IMG/VR virus record: IMGVR_UViG_3300047388_000092
Span: 1-48,855 of that record
Length of the DNA: 48,855 nucleotides
Direction: 5' to 3' (one strand)
DNA from: a virus
Part shown: positions 41,463-48,855 of the stretch, piece by piece
Position numbering within the stretch: position 1 is the first letter of the stretch
How the letters are laid out: each line of letters begins with the position of its first letter
Translations under genes and position numbers: made by a program
Notes under the pieces: model-generated
Seen by the model: the letters and a program-made list of their open reading frames with translations, nothing else
Database searches by the model: none
Told to the model about the DNA's origin: nothing

Positions 41463-42322
41463 GATTCGCGCTTTTACTCCTACTCCCGATGGTCGCCAGC
41501 GCGCAATACAACGTGACGCACTATCAGACTTTCAGCGGCGGCACTCAGGGCGCGGCGGTTACGGCGGCGACGCTGACCAATGGCCTTGTCGGGGCTTCAA
41601 TGGCGTGGGCGGTTGTGAATCAGAACAGCGGCATGACGTTCGACACAAACCATTTCGTGCCGATGATCGGGGCTATCACGGTTAACGGGGTGACGACGAA
41701 CGCGATGGTGAACGGGTTTGCCATGAAGGTGAACAGCGCAGAGACGCCAAGCGTTTACTTCACAGCGACGCCGCAGTATCAGACAACCTCGATGTCTATA
41801 GGCTGCTGGCTAGTTACGGACTTTCCCGACGACGTGCTAGAGAATCACGATTTCTTTACCGTCCAAGGCGGTGGGGTGGGACAGAACTCTTTCGTCAACC
41901 CGCCGTGGTATGGGGATCAGGCGACCACCCTCAAACTGCTTTGGGAGGCGTGCCCCGGCTCGCCGGTTGTCAGTGACTCGATTCTATTTCACGGCGGGCT
42001 AACGAATCGCTACTGGATAACCGAGGGATACAACATCGGAAGCACTAATTGGAATTTCGTGTCGATATACCTCAACGGCACGAATCTCGTAGGCACGATG
42101 AAGACCAACTACAACATGCCGCAACTTGCGCTCTATGGGGTTGTCGGCTCACATTCGACAGGAAGTTATCCATCGAGCACAAATCACTTTTGGTTCAGCA
42201 ACTTCGTGATGAACACGAACGGCGTGTTTCCATTGTTGCCGGGAACTCCTAGTGTGGCGGCAAGCACAACGCTGAACGTGACGACGTTGAATGTGGATAG
42301 GATAACATCTCAGCAGCCATGA
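41459..42322 (+). CDS. Hypothetical tail-associated protein with signal-peptide-like N-terminus
   Basis: ATGA overlap. MRFALLLLLPMVASAQ. It is the in-frame part of track ORF 41384..42322. Confidence 0.5.
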   Translation: MRFALLLLLPMVASAQYNVTHYQTFSGGTQGAAVTAATLTNGLVGASMAWAVVNQNSGMTFDTNHFVPMIGAITVNGVTTNAMVNGFAMKVNSAETPSVYFTATPQYQTTSMSIGCWLVTDFPDDVLENHDFFTVQGGGVGQNSFVNPPWYGDQATTLKLLWEACPGSPVVSDSILFHGGLTNRYWITEGYNIGSTNWNFVSIYLNGTNLVGTMKTNYNMPQLALYGVVGSHSTGSYPSSTNHFWFSNFVMNTNGVFPLLPGTPSVAASTTLNVTTLNVDRITSQQP

Positions 42323-42347
42323 CCCTTCATGTCAGCATACTAATAAA

Positions 42348-43637
42348 ATGAAAAAACTAATTCTTCTTTTCCTTCCTTTGGTTGGTTTAGCACAACCAGT
42401 AATTACGCCAACTCCTTTCACATTAAATTGGATTGAACGTTCAAGAGATGCTCAAGTTGCCCGTGCAAGACTTGGTTTTTCGACAAATGCTTTTAATCAG
42501 TTCACAATAATTGCCTCGAATACGTTAGCAGCAAACCTCACAACGTTTTCAGGAGGAACATTTAATCACTATCCTGCTCTTGCAACAGGAAATGCTTATA
42601 CTGCTATGTATGTTCGAGACACCGCAATGGCAATTCGTGGGGCAACTGATTTGGTTTCGGTCAGCTTATTGTCCAACATTTGCGTAACTCTTAAATCTCT
42701 CCAACCAAATCGAAATGGAATGGACGTGGGTTGGGATTCGTTTATTGATTTCACGTCAAGTCTTGGATTTGGTGGGTTTCAGCGAAGTGAGTCCGATCTT
42801 TGCTATGAGTATGTTGATTTAACCTACTCCTATTATCAAAAAACAACTAATCTTTGGGCGTTCACAAATGCTTTTTCTGCAATTACAAATGCTCTTTCGT
42901 TCTACCAAATTTCGAACCATTTAGCTTACACTTATTTGCGTTCTCCAATAACTAATCAAACTGGTTGGGGCTTTGAAGATTCAGTTCTTGAGTATGGTTA
43001 TATTCTAATGCCAAGCGTTCTTCGCTATCGAGCTTACTCTCAAATTGGAGAAATGATGAACGCTTGGGGTAAGGATGGTTCAAGTTATACTAATGAGTTA
43101 CCTTTCATAACAACAAACTTGCAAACATATTTGTGGGATGGCAATGTTGGACTTTTTAAAACCTGCACTATTCCTGCCACGAATGCTTGTCATAATATTC
43201 CGGGAAGTGCCTATGCCGTTGTGGTTGGTTGCGTTCAATCAAACGTTTCTTATCAAATTAGTCAATGCCTTCTTGACCTCTATGCTGACCGTGAGTTTCG
43301 TCATGGGATGACCCGACATTTGAAAATGCCCGAGTATTTTGGTGCTGGAACAACCAATGCTCAGCCTTTTAGTGCTGGATTAAGTCCAAACGACACTTAT
43401 CAATCAGGTGGCTATTGGCCTCTTTTTACTCCTTGGGTGGCTCGTGCAATGGCAAATTTAGTTCCGGAAGCTGGAGATCGGTTCATGCAGGAGCTTGCGA
43501 GACGGGAAACTTTGATGGGTCCGCTTGAGGATGAGAGTCCTTTGACATGGGCGGGAACTTCCGCGACGGTTGGTTCCGCGAGTTATCTTGCTTCTGCTTG
43601 TTGTCCACGTTCCTATTGGACATGCACGAATCGATGA
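42348..43637 (+). CDS. Possible (alpha/alpha)6-barrel glycoside-hydrolase-like protein with signal peptide
   Basis: 429 aa with N-terminus MKKLILLFLPLVGLAQP. YTAMYVRDTAMAI, GWGFED and YQSGGYWPLFTPW are reminiscent of six-hairpin glycosidases. Weak. Confidence 0.35.
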   Translation: MKKLILLFLPLVGLAQPVITPTPFTLNWIERSRDAQVARARLGFSTNAFNQFTIIASNTLAANLTTFSGGTFNHYPALATGNAYTAMYVRDTAMAIRGATDLVSVSLLSNICVTLKSLQPNRNGMDVGWDSFIDFTSSLGFGGFQRSESDLCYEYVDLTYSYYQKTTNLWAFTNAFSAITNALSFYQISNHLAYTYLRSPITNQTGWGFEDSVLEYGYILMPSVLRYRAYSQIGEMMNAWGKDGSSYTNELPFITTNLQTYLWDGNVGLFKTCTIPATNACHNIPGSAYAVVVGCVQSNVSYQISQCLLDLYADREFRHGMTRHLKMPEYFGAGTTNAQPFSAGLSPNDTYQSGGYWPLFTPWVARAMANLVPEAGDRFMQELARRETLMGPLEDESPLTWAGTSATVGSASYLASACCPRSYWTCTNR

Positions 43638-43660
43638 ACAAATTCAACCGTTGAAAATGT
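43638..43660 (+). repeat. Start-associated palindromic motif, copy 10 (ACAAATTCAA CCG TTGAAAATGT)
   Basis: Abuts the stop TGA (43635-43637). The next ATG is at 43662. Confidence 0.9.
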
Positions 43661-43661
43661 T

Positions 43662-43874
43662 ATGAGTGATGCTGTAACAATCCAAGCCATGATGTCAGTT
43701 CAAGCAGTCTTGCTTGGTTGGATTGGCTATAAACAGTTCAGAAATGCACAAAACATCAAAAAAATCGAAATTGCCACAAACTCCATGAAAGACGCTCTGG
43801 TGAAAAAAACGGACGAAGAAGCTTTTGCTCGCGGTGCAAAGTCGGAAACTGATAAAAATGAGACAATTCTTTGA
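43662..43874 (+). CDS. Small single-pass membrane protein (lysis-cassette candidate)
   Basis: 70 aa with one hydrophobic helix (MMSVQAVLLGWIGY) and a charged tail. Confidence 0.4.
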   Translation: MSDAVTIQAMMSVQAVLLGWIGYKQFRNAQNIKKIEIATNSMKDALVKKTDEEAFARGAKSETDKNETIL

Positions 43875-44094
43875 AACTAAAAATTGGAAGACCACCTCGG
43901 CTGGTCTCCTATCCTGTTCGGGAGCACTTGTTCATCTTGGTTTTGCAATCGCGCATGGGACTCTAACAGAAACAATGGTTATTAGCGAAATCACCACTTT
44001 TATTATAGGAATTGGTTTTATCTTCTCGCGTGACGGGAACAAATCTGACGAGCAAGTTGGCGCAGGAAATAAACCCAACAATAATGGACTCTAG
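43858..44094 (+). CDS. Two-helix membrane protein (holin candidate)
   Basis: 78 aa from ATG 43858. NWKTTSAGLLSCSGALVHLGFAI and ISEITTFIIGIGFIF are the two hydrophobic segments. Confidence 0.4.
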   Translation: MRQFFETKNWKTTSAGLLSCSGALVHLGFAIAHGTLTETMVISEITTFIIGIGFIFSRDGNKSDEQVGAGNKPNNNGL

Positions 44095-44096
44095 TT

Positions 44097-44351
44097 ATGC
44101 ATGAACTTAATGACGCAATTTTCTCCCTTATTGCTGAACTAAAAAGCGACAGGGACCAGAGAAGAATCGAGTTTGAATGGTGGAAGGCTCATTCAATACT
44201 TGCAACCAAACAAGACCTTCAAAACACAGAACGACGGATTCTGGATGCAATAGCTGGTGTTGGAGGGAAAGATTTGTCAAAACTCACAAATGAGTTGAAA
44301 GCATCTGCTGACCCTTTAATTGCCGCGCTTGCAGAACAAAAAAAAACATAG
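44097..44351 (+). CDS. Hypothetical protein
   Basis: 84 aa, helical-looking. Confidence 0.45.
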   Translation: MHELNDAIFSLIAELKSDRDQRRIEFEWWKAHSILATKQDLQNTERRILDAIAGVGGKDLSKLTNELKASADPLIAALAEQKKT

Positions 44352-44353
44352 TT

Positions 44354-44593
44354 ATGGCAAATCCAACATTAGATGCCCTCGCGGCACAAGTGAAAACGAA
44401 CACCGACGCGGAAGCTTCGGCAGTTATTGTCCTTAATGGAATCGCAGGTCGGATTCAGGCAGCGGTTGACGCAGCGATTGCTGGTGGTGCAACTGCGGCC
44501 GATTTGGCTCCGGTTCAAACCGAAATCGACTCAATGAAAGCTTCAAGTGATGCTTTGAGTGCAGCGATTGTGGCGGCGACTCCGGCAGCTTAA
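44354..44593 (+). CDS. Hypothetical Ala-rich protein
   Basis: 79-aa ORF. Confidence 0.45.
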   Translation: MANPTLDALAAQVKTNTDAEASAVIVLNGIAGRIQAAVDAAIAGGATAADLAPVQTEIDSMKASSDALSAAIVAATPAA

Positions 44594-44605
44594 AACAATC
44601 AAATT

Positions 44606-44881
44606 ATGCCAACACCAACAAGTCCAACGTCGACTCCAACCTCTGTTGTAGCGACAACTGCTCCAGTTAAACCAGCGACTCCCGCAGCGGCACCGGTGCC
44701 TCCTCCGGGAACAAACATCAAAGAGGAAGTTCATCATGTTCTGAGGACCCTTTCTGAACAACTCACTATTGTCGAAGGCGAAGCAAACAAGCCTACGATT
44801 ATCCAAGCTGAGTTGCAGAAGGCAATCCATGTCCTTCGTGCGGAACTCACGGACTTCCAGAAGAAAATGGTGCCTAAATGA
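44606..44881 (+). CDS. Hypothetical Pro/Thr-rich protein
   Basis: 91-aa ORF. Confidence 0.45.
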   Translation: MPTPTSPTSTPTSVVATTAPVKPATPAAAPVPPPGTNIKEEVHHVLRTLSEQLTIVEGEANKPTIIQAELQKAIHVLRAELTDFQKKMVPK

Positions 44882-45276
44882 AAAAACTTAACTTAATCTT
44901 GGTGGCATTGGCCTTGTGCTTGATGCCAGTTCTTGACACGGGATGCAAGGGAACGTTAGCGCCAAATGGAGCTTATAAAGATAAGACCCTTTACAATGCC
45001 GACGTCCTTCTTGCCACATCCTATTACGTTGTTCACAGCTTCGTGACTTACGAACAGCAAAATCGTGAAGCATTGAAGGCTATGCCACAAATCAAAATCG
45101 CGGCGGACTCGATTCGTCAGAGAGCACCAAGTGCCTTTGCAAGTGCTTTTGCGATTCGAGACAAGTATGAAGTCTCCGCGTCAAGCGCCGATGCAACCGC
45201 GCTCCAGACTGCTCTGGACGTGATTCGTGCAATGGCCGTGGAAGCAACGAAGCAGATGGCAACACAAATCAAATAA
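44878..45276 (+). CDS. Putative lipoprotein
   Basis: 132 aa. MKKLNLILVALALCLMPVLDTGC is a signal helix plus an imperfect lipobox. Confidence 0.45.
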   Translation: MKKLNLILVALALCLMPVLDTGCKGTLAPNGAYKDKTLYNADVLLATSYYVVHSFVTYEQQNREALKAMPQIKIAADSIRQRAPSAFASAFAIRDKYEVSASSADATALQTALDVIRAMAVEATKQMATQIK

Positions 45277-45278
45277 TT

Positions 45279-45467
45279 ATGAGTGCAACTTTAGTTGTAA
45301 CATTGGTCGACGCAGCGGTGGGGCTGCTCGAAAAACTCATTCCTTCCCTCAAAACTGCCTTCTCAAGCGGTGAGATTAGCGTGGCGGACCAGCAGGCTTT
45401 GAAGGACAGAATTAACAAACTCCGGTCCTCGGAGGCTTTCACTGGGCCTGAGTGGAACGTGGAGTAA
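45279..45467 (+). CDS. Hypothetical protein
   Basis: 62-aa ORF. Confidence 0.4.
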   Translation: MSATLVVTLVDAAVGLLEKLIPSLKTAFSSGEISVADQQALKDRINKLRSSEAFTGPEWNVE

Positions 45468-45469
45468 TT

Positions 45470-45697
45470 ATGTTCGCCGACATTTCATTGCACACAAGTT
45501 CAAACAGTGGAGGGAATTTAGTTAACTCCCTTATTTGGCTTGTGGCAGTTGGAATTGTTTGTTGGCTTCTTTGGTGGTTCATTGACTACGCCAAAGTTCC
45601 TGAGCCATTTAACAAAGTCGCGCGGGTGATTGTGGCCTTGGTCGCAGTCATTTTTCTAATCCGCCTTGTGATGAACATTGCGGGTTCACCTTGGTAA
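45470..45697 (+). CDS. Small membrane protein
   Basis: ATG at 45470, 2 nt after the previous stop. Two hydrophobic helices (LIWLVAVGIVCWLLWWFI and VIVALVAVIFLIRLV). Confidence 0.45.
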   Translation: MFADISLHTSSNSGGNLVNSLIWLVAVGIVCWLLWWFIDYAKVPEPFNKVARVIVALVAVIFLIRLVMNIAGSPW

Positions 45698-45718
45698 TCA
45701 CGGTCAAGTCGAACCATT

Positions 45719-47710
45719 ATGATGCCTTCATATGACGAATTGAAGAAGAAGGAAATCTCACAAGATCACCTTCAACTCCTGAATCATGTGAAGGAGATGG
45801 TTCGCCTTTCTCGTGAACACATGCAGAAGAAATACTCTGATTGGGACCATTATGACGAAATCTACCGCGGGATTCGTATGATGGATACGGAGGACAAGAA
45901 AGCGAATGAGAAGAAGGAACCAATTAAGATGGTGGTTCCGCTTGGATATGCACAATTGCAAACTTTTGTTGCTTTTTGCTTCACCTTGTTTACCCAAAGA
46001 GAATACTTTTATAATTTGATTGGTTCCTCTCCAGAGGACTTTAAGGCTGCGGAGATTGGTGAGGCTCTCCTTCAACGTGATCTTGACCATAACAAGTTTG
46101 GAAATTTGCTCTACCAATGGCTTCTCGACATTGGACGATTTGGTTTGGGGATTATGAAAGACCATTGGGTTGAAGAAACTCAAATGATCGAGCAAAACCT
46201 TCCACCAAAGACCTTAAGTTTTCTTGGCCTTTCTATGACTCTTCGTTCAGCTAAGACCCAAAAGGTTCCCGCAATCAAGTTTCAAGGTAACAAACTCCAG
46301 AATGTCTCCCCTTACCGCTTCTTTCCGGACCCAAGGATTCCTCTTTCTCGGTTTCAGGAAGGGGAATGGGTGGCTAGTGAGGAGGAATATTCGTCTGTAG
46401 ATTTGAAACAAATGGAAGCGGAGGGAGTGGTTGCTGGAGTGGATTACATTCAACAATTTCGTAACCCTGATGTTCTTCGACGAACGGCAAGGAATGGATT
46501 TGTGGATGTTATGACGCAAATGACCTCGGCAATCCGCTCGAATGTCAAGCCGGCAATTATTAACACAGAGATTGTGGCTAAGATTATTCCGTCGAAGTTC
46601 AAATTGGACAACAAGCCAATCGGTGAAGAGGATTATCCTGTCAAGTATTTGATCTGGTATGCCAATGATTCACGAATTATTCGTTGCGAACCATTTTCTT
46701 ATCTCCATGACCAGTTTCCTTATACCCTTGGTGAAATGTCCCCGGATATGAACCATTTCCTCAATTCTGGTCTACTTGAATCCATTGACGAGCTTCAAGA
46801 TGTGATTTCTTGGTTCATCAATTCTCATGTGCGCTCAGTTCGCCGCACGATTGACAATCAGCTAATCGTGGACCCCGTAGGAATTGTCATGGATGACCTT
46901 AAGAACCATCGTCCTGTGATTCGTCTCCAGCCCGATGCCTCACGCTCAGGAGTTGAACGTTGGATTAAACAACTTGAGGTTCGAGATGTGACAGGAAACC
47001 ACGTCCAAGACGCGGCTTTTCTACAAAAGATGATTGAAACCGTAACAGGAATCAACGACAATCTCCTTGGCCAATTTCATGGTGGGAGGCGCTCGGCCAC
47101 AGAAGCACGAAACGTAACAGCTTCTGCTGGAAGTCGACTTAAAGTAATTTCGTCCATCCTCTGGACTGGTGCTTTGGAGCCGCTTGGTCGACAGATGCTT
47201 TCCAACCTTCGCGACGGTTTGACGGTTCAAACATATGTGCGCATATTTGGAAGTGCAGCTGAGGGCGGCTCCTTTCAACAATTTAAGCAGATTAGTAGGC
47301 AGGATTTGGTTGGGGATTACGATTTTGCGGTTTTTGATGGGACTTTACCATCGGAGAAGGAATATAAGGCTGACATCCTTATGCAGCTTGTGGAGATGCT
47401 TTTTGGTAATCCAATGGCCATGCAACTCCTTGGCCTTGACCCAAGGATGATTGTTATGGACATTCTCCGAATGAAAGGTATCAAATATCCTGAACGTTAT
47501 TCAATCCAAAACAACCCTCAAGCAATGGCCCAAATGTTGCAAATGCAACAAATGACTCAACAAAATGGACAACAAAATGGACAACCAAACGGAAACCAAG
47601 CCCCAGTTCGGGGAAATGGAAACGTTGGAAAAGCTCCGGCTTCTCAACGAATGGATGCGGCACCCGGTAACGATTTACTTGCTGGCCTCGTTAGAGGCGG
47701 TGGCGAGTAG
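45719..47710 (+). CDS. Portal protein
   Basis: 663-aa ORF immediately upstream of the scaffold-like and capsid genes, with a Gln/Asn/Gly-rich C-terminal tail. The call rests on size and synteny. Confidence 0.75.
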   Translation: MMPSYDELKKKEISQDHLQLLNHVKEMVRLSREHMQKKYSDWDHYDEIYRGIRMMDTEDKKANEKKEPIKMVVPLGYAQLQTFVAFCFTLFTQREYFYNLIGSSPEDFKAAEIGEALLQRDLDHNKFGNLLYQWLLDIGRFGLGIMKDHWVEETQMIEQNLPPKTLSFLGLSMTLRSAKTQKVPAIKFQGNKLQNVSPYRFFPDPRIPLSRFQEGEWVASEEEYSSVDLKQMEAEGVVAGVDYIQQFRNPDVLRRTARNGFVDVMTQMTSAIRSNVKPAIINTEIVAKIIPSKFKLDNKPIGEEDYPVKYLIWYANDSRIIRCEPFSYLHDQFPYTLGEMSPDMNHFLNSGLLESIDELQDVISWFINSHVRSVRRTIDNQLIVDPVGIVMDDLKNHRPVIRLQPDASRSGVERWIKQLEVRDVTGNHVQDAAFLQKMIETVTGINDNLLGQFHGGRRSATEARNVTASAGSRLKVISSILWTGALEPLGRQMLSNLRDGLTVQTYVRIFGSAAEGGSFQQFKQISRQDLVGDYDFAVFDGTLPSEKEYKADILMQLVEMLFGNPMAMQLLGLDPRMIVMDILRMKGIKYPERYSIQNNPQAMAQMLQMQQMTQQNGQQNGQPNGNQAPVRGNGNVGKAPASQRMDAAPGNDLLAGLVRGGGE

Positions 47711-47714
47711 TGGA

Positions 47715-47909
47715 ATGACTTTGGTCTTTGATGGAGAGATTCCGGGATTACTTGATGAAAAATTTTTACTTCGCGAACAAATCATTGGTGAGGTTCGCGG
47801 GCAACGTTGGTTGATTCGACGAGTCAATAGCGAGATAACAAAACTCACCGAGCAAATAAAAGAACCAAATGCTAAACGAACTGACACAGAGGCTGTTGAG
47901 GAGTCCTGA
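47715..47909 (+). CDS. Hypothetical protein
   Basis: ATG at 47715, 5 nt after the portal stop. It is the in-frame part of track ORF 47565..47909. Confidence 0.4.
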   Translation: MTLVFDGEIPGLLDEKFLLREQIIGEVRGQRWLIRRVNSEITKLTEQIKEPNAKRTDTEAVEES

Positions 47910-48789
47910 CAGCCAAGAAGGTCAAGGCGCTGGTGGCGGACAAAGCCAAGGTGCCGGGGCACAAGAAGGACAGCAATCACAAACGGCTCAAGAGATTTTT
48001 GGTCAAGAGGGCCAAGGTAAAGCTGGAGAACAAGGCCAGCAAGGGAAGGAAGGACAGGCTACTGGAGGTCAACAGCAGCAAGTTCCGGGTCAGCAAGGAG
48101 GTGGTGCTGGAGGACAGGCCACGCCACCTCCTGCGATTTCGTTAGACGCCGTAAAAGCACTGATGCAAGAGATGCGTCAAGCTCCGCAAGGGCAACCACA
48201 ACAGCAACAGCTTAGTGAAGAAGAATTCAATAAGATGTTCAATGTTGTCAAGCCCACAGCGGAGCAGTGGCAGGCGGTTCGTGGTGACGATCCAGAAGCT
48301 GCTCTCCGAGCACTCACAGACCTCCTTCATGGTTCCGCGAAGCAAGCTGCCACGTTAGCAGCCTTCCACACTATGCAAGAGGTTCAAAAGATTCAACAGA
48401 TGCTACAGCCTGCGTTGAAAATGGCGCAAGCACAGGAACTCAACCAAATGAAAGAAGAGTTCTTCGTAGCCTACCCAAATTTGAAGGGACTAGAGCCATT
48501 ACTGATGCAAATTCGTGATAGCTTCATTGTTCAGAAGCGCATATTTGACACCAAGGAAGCCGCCTTCAAAGCCGTTGCCGAAGAAGCTCAGAACTTGCTA
48601 AGCAAGATTCCGGGTTACCAACAAGGCGGCAACTCAAATGGTGCGGGAGGTCAAAGTGGCCAACCGCAAAAACAGCAACAAGGCCGTCAAATGCCTACCC
48701 TTTCGGGTAAGGGCCAAGGCGGTGGTGCGGGTGGATCTGGTTCGGCAGGTCCAAAATCGACAGCAGAGAAGATTTTTGGTCCGCGCTAG
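47869..48789 (+). CDS. Scaffolding protein candidate
   Basis: 306 aa. Gln/Gly-rich low-complexity ends flank a helical core. It lies between the portal and capsid genes. Confidence 0.6.
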   Translation: MLNELTQRLLRSPDSQEGQGAGGGQSQGAGAQEGQQSQTAQEIFGQEGQGKAGEQGQQGKEGQATGGQQQQVPGQQGGGAGGQATPPPAISLDAVKALMQEMRQAPQGQPQQQQLSEEEFNKMFNVVKPTAEQWQAVRGDDPEAALRALTDLLHGSAKQAATLAAFHTMQEVQKIQQMLQPALKMAQAQELNQMKEEFFVAYPNLKGLEPLLMQIRDSFIVQKRIFDTKEAAFKAVAEEAQNLLSKIPGYQQGGNSNGAGGQSGQPQKQQQGRQMPTLSGKGQGGGAGGSGSAGPKSTAEKIFGPR

Positions 48790-48855
48790 TTGCTAGTTCA
48801 GAAAGCTAGTTATGGCAATACTTGGTCTCATTGGTTCGGAGTCGCTTTCGACTTA
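48729..48855. repeat. Second copy of the 127-bp terminal repeat (equals 1..127)
   Basis: Identical base for base to 1..127. Confidence 0.95.

Noticed and set aside
24541-42444. Other TTGAA/TTCAA palindromes inside genes (GAACTTGAAGTTC at ~24541-24560, CTTGAACTTCAAG at ~34806-34818, TTGAACGTTCAA at 42433-42444)
   Set aside because: They have the reversed arm order (TTGAA before TTCAA), lack the flanking ACAAA/TGT bases and lie within coding sequence. They are probably chance short palindromes.
1450-43660. The 23-bp motif as a Bacteroidota-type promoter (-7 box TAnnTTTG) or as a parS site
   Set aside because: The TGAATTTG half only approximates TAnnTTTG. It is on the strand pointing away from the downstream gene, and there is no -33 TTTG at the right distance. 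Resemblance to parS is limited to TTTCA/TGAAA cores.
1-48855. CRISPR arrays, tRNA/tmRNA genes, integrase/repressor (lysogeny module), reverse transcriptase/DGR
   Set aside because: I saw no regularly spaced direct repeats, no cloverleaf-like segments apart from the 30259-30400 element (too long and the wrong architecture for a tRNA), no tyrosine/serine recombinase motifs and no YxDD reverse-transcriptase motif. Small RNA genes cannot be excluded without covariance-model scans.

Overview
This window is one complete dsDNA phage genome. Bases 1..127 are identical to 48729..48855, so the unique length is 48,728 bp, either circularly closed or terminally redundant. I saw no tape-measure, sheath or tube genes, and a 2,298-aa internal/ejection-type protein is present, so a short-tailed (podovirus-like) virion is the best guess.

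The genes form two arms. They diverge from a gene-poor ~1.3-kb control region (34.9-36.2 kb) and converge at 16.7-16.9 kb with 218 nt of antisense overlap.
- Rightward late arm (36223 -> 48728 -> 1 -> 16914): terS-like gene, terL, tail-fibre/receptor genes, small membrane proteins, portal, scaffold, capsid, tail and internal virion proteins.
- Leftward early arm (35730 -> 16697): many small ORFs chained by ATGA/TAATG overlaps, then an HNH endonuclease, Cas4-like exonuclease, Sak4-like ATPase, ATP-dependent ligase, PLD-like nuclease, ParB-methyltransferase fusion, UDG-fused family A DNA polymerase and a P-loop helicase-like ATPase.

I recognised no rRNA, tRNA, CRISPR array, integrase or repressor.

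The strongest signal not explained by genes is a 23-bp imperfect palindrome, ACAAATTCAA-NNN-TTGAAWWTGT. It has ten full copies plus half sites, each at a gene junction or start codon, on both arms. The one copy that points against its neighbouring genes abuts a ~140-nt gene-free segment closed by a perfect 12-bp inverted repeat with two internal 8-bp hairpins, which is a candidate structured RNA.

Other points worth a second look:
- a SemiSWEET/PQ-loop membrane protein inside the tail module
- a tandem GNAT-like gene pair among the virion genes
- an HExxH motif in the giant virion protein
- signal-peptide-like N-termini on several late proteins
- a sharp GC shift inside the tail-fibre gene
- no recognisable endolysin

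All functional calls come from motifs read by eye and from gene order. No homology search was possible, so products are provisional and many start codons are uncertain.
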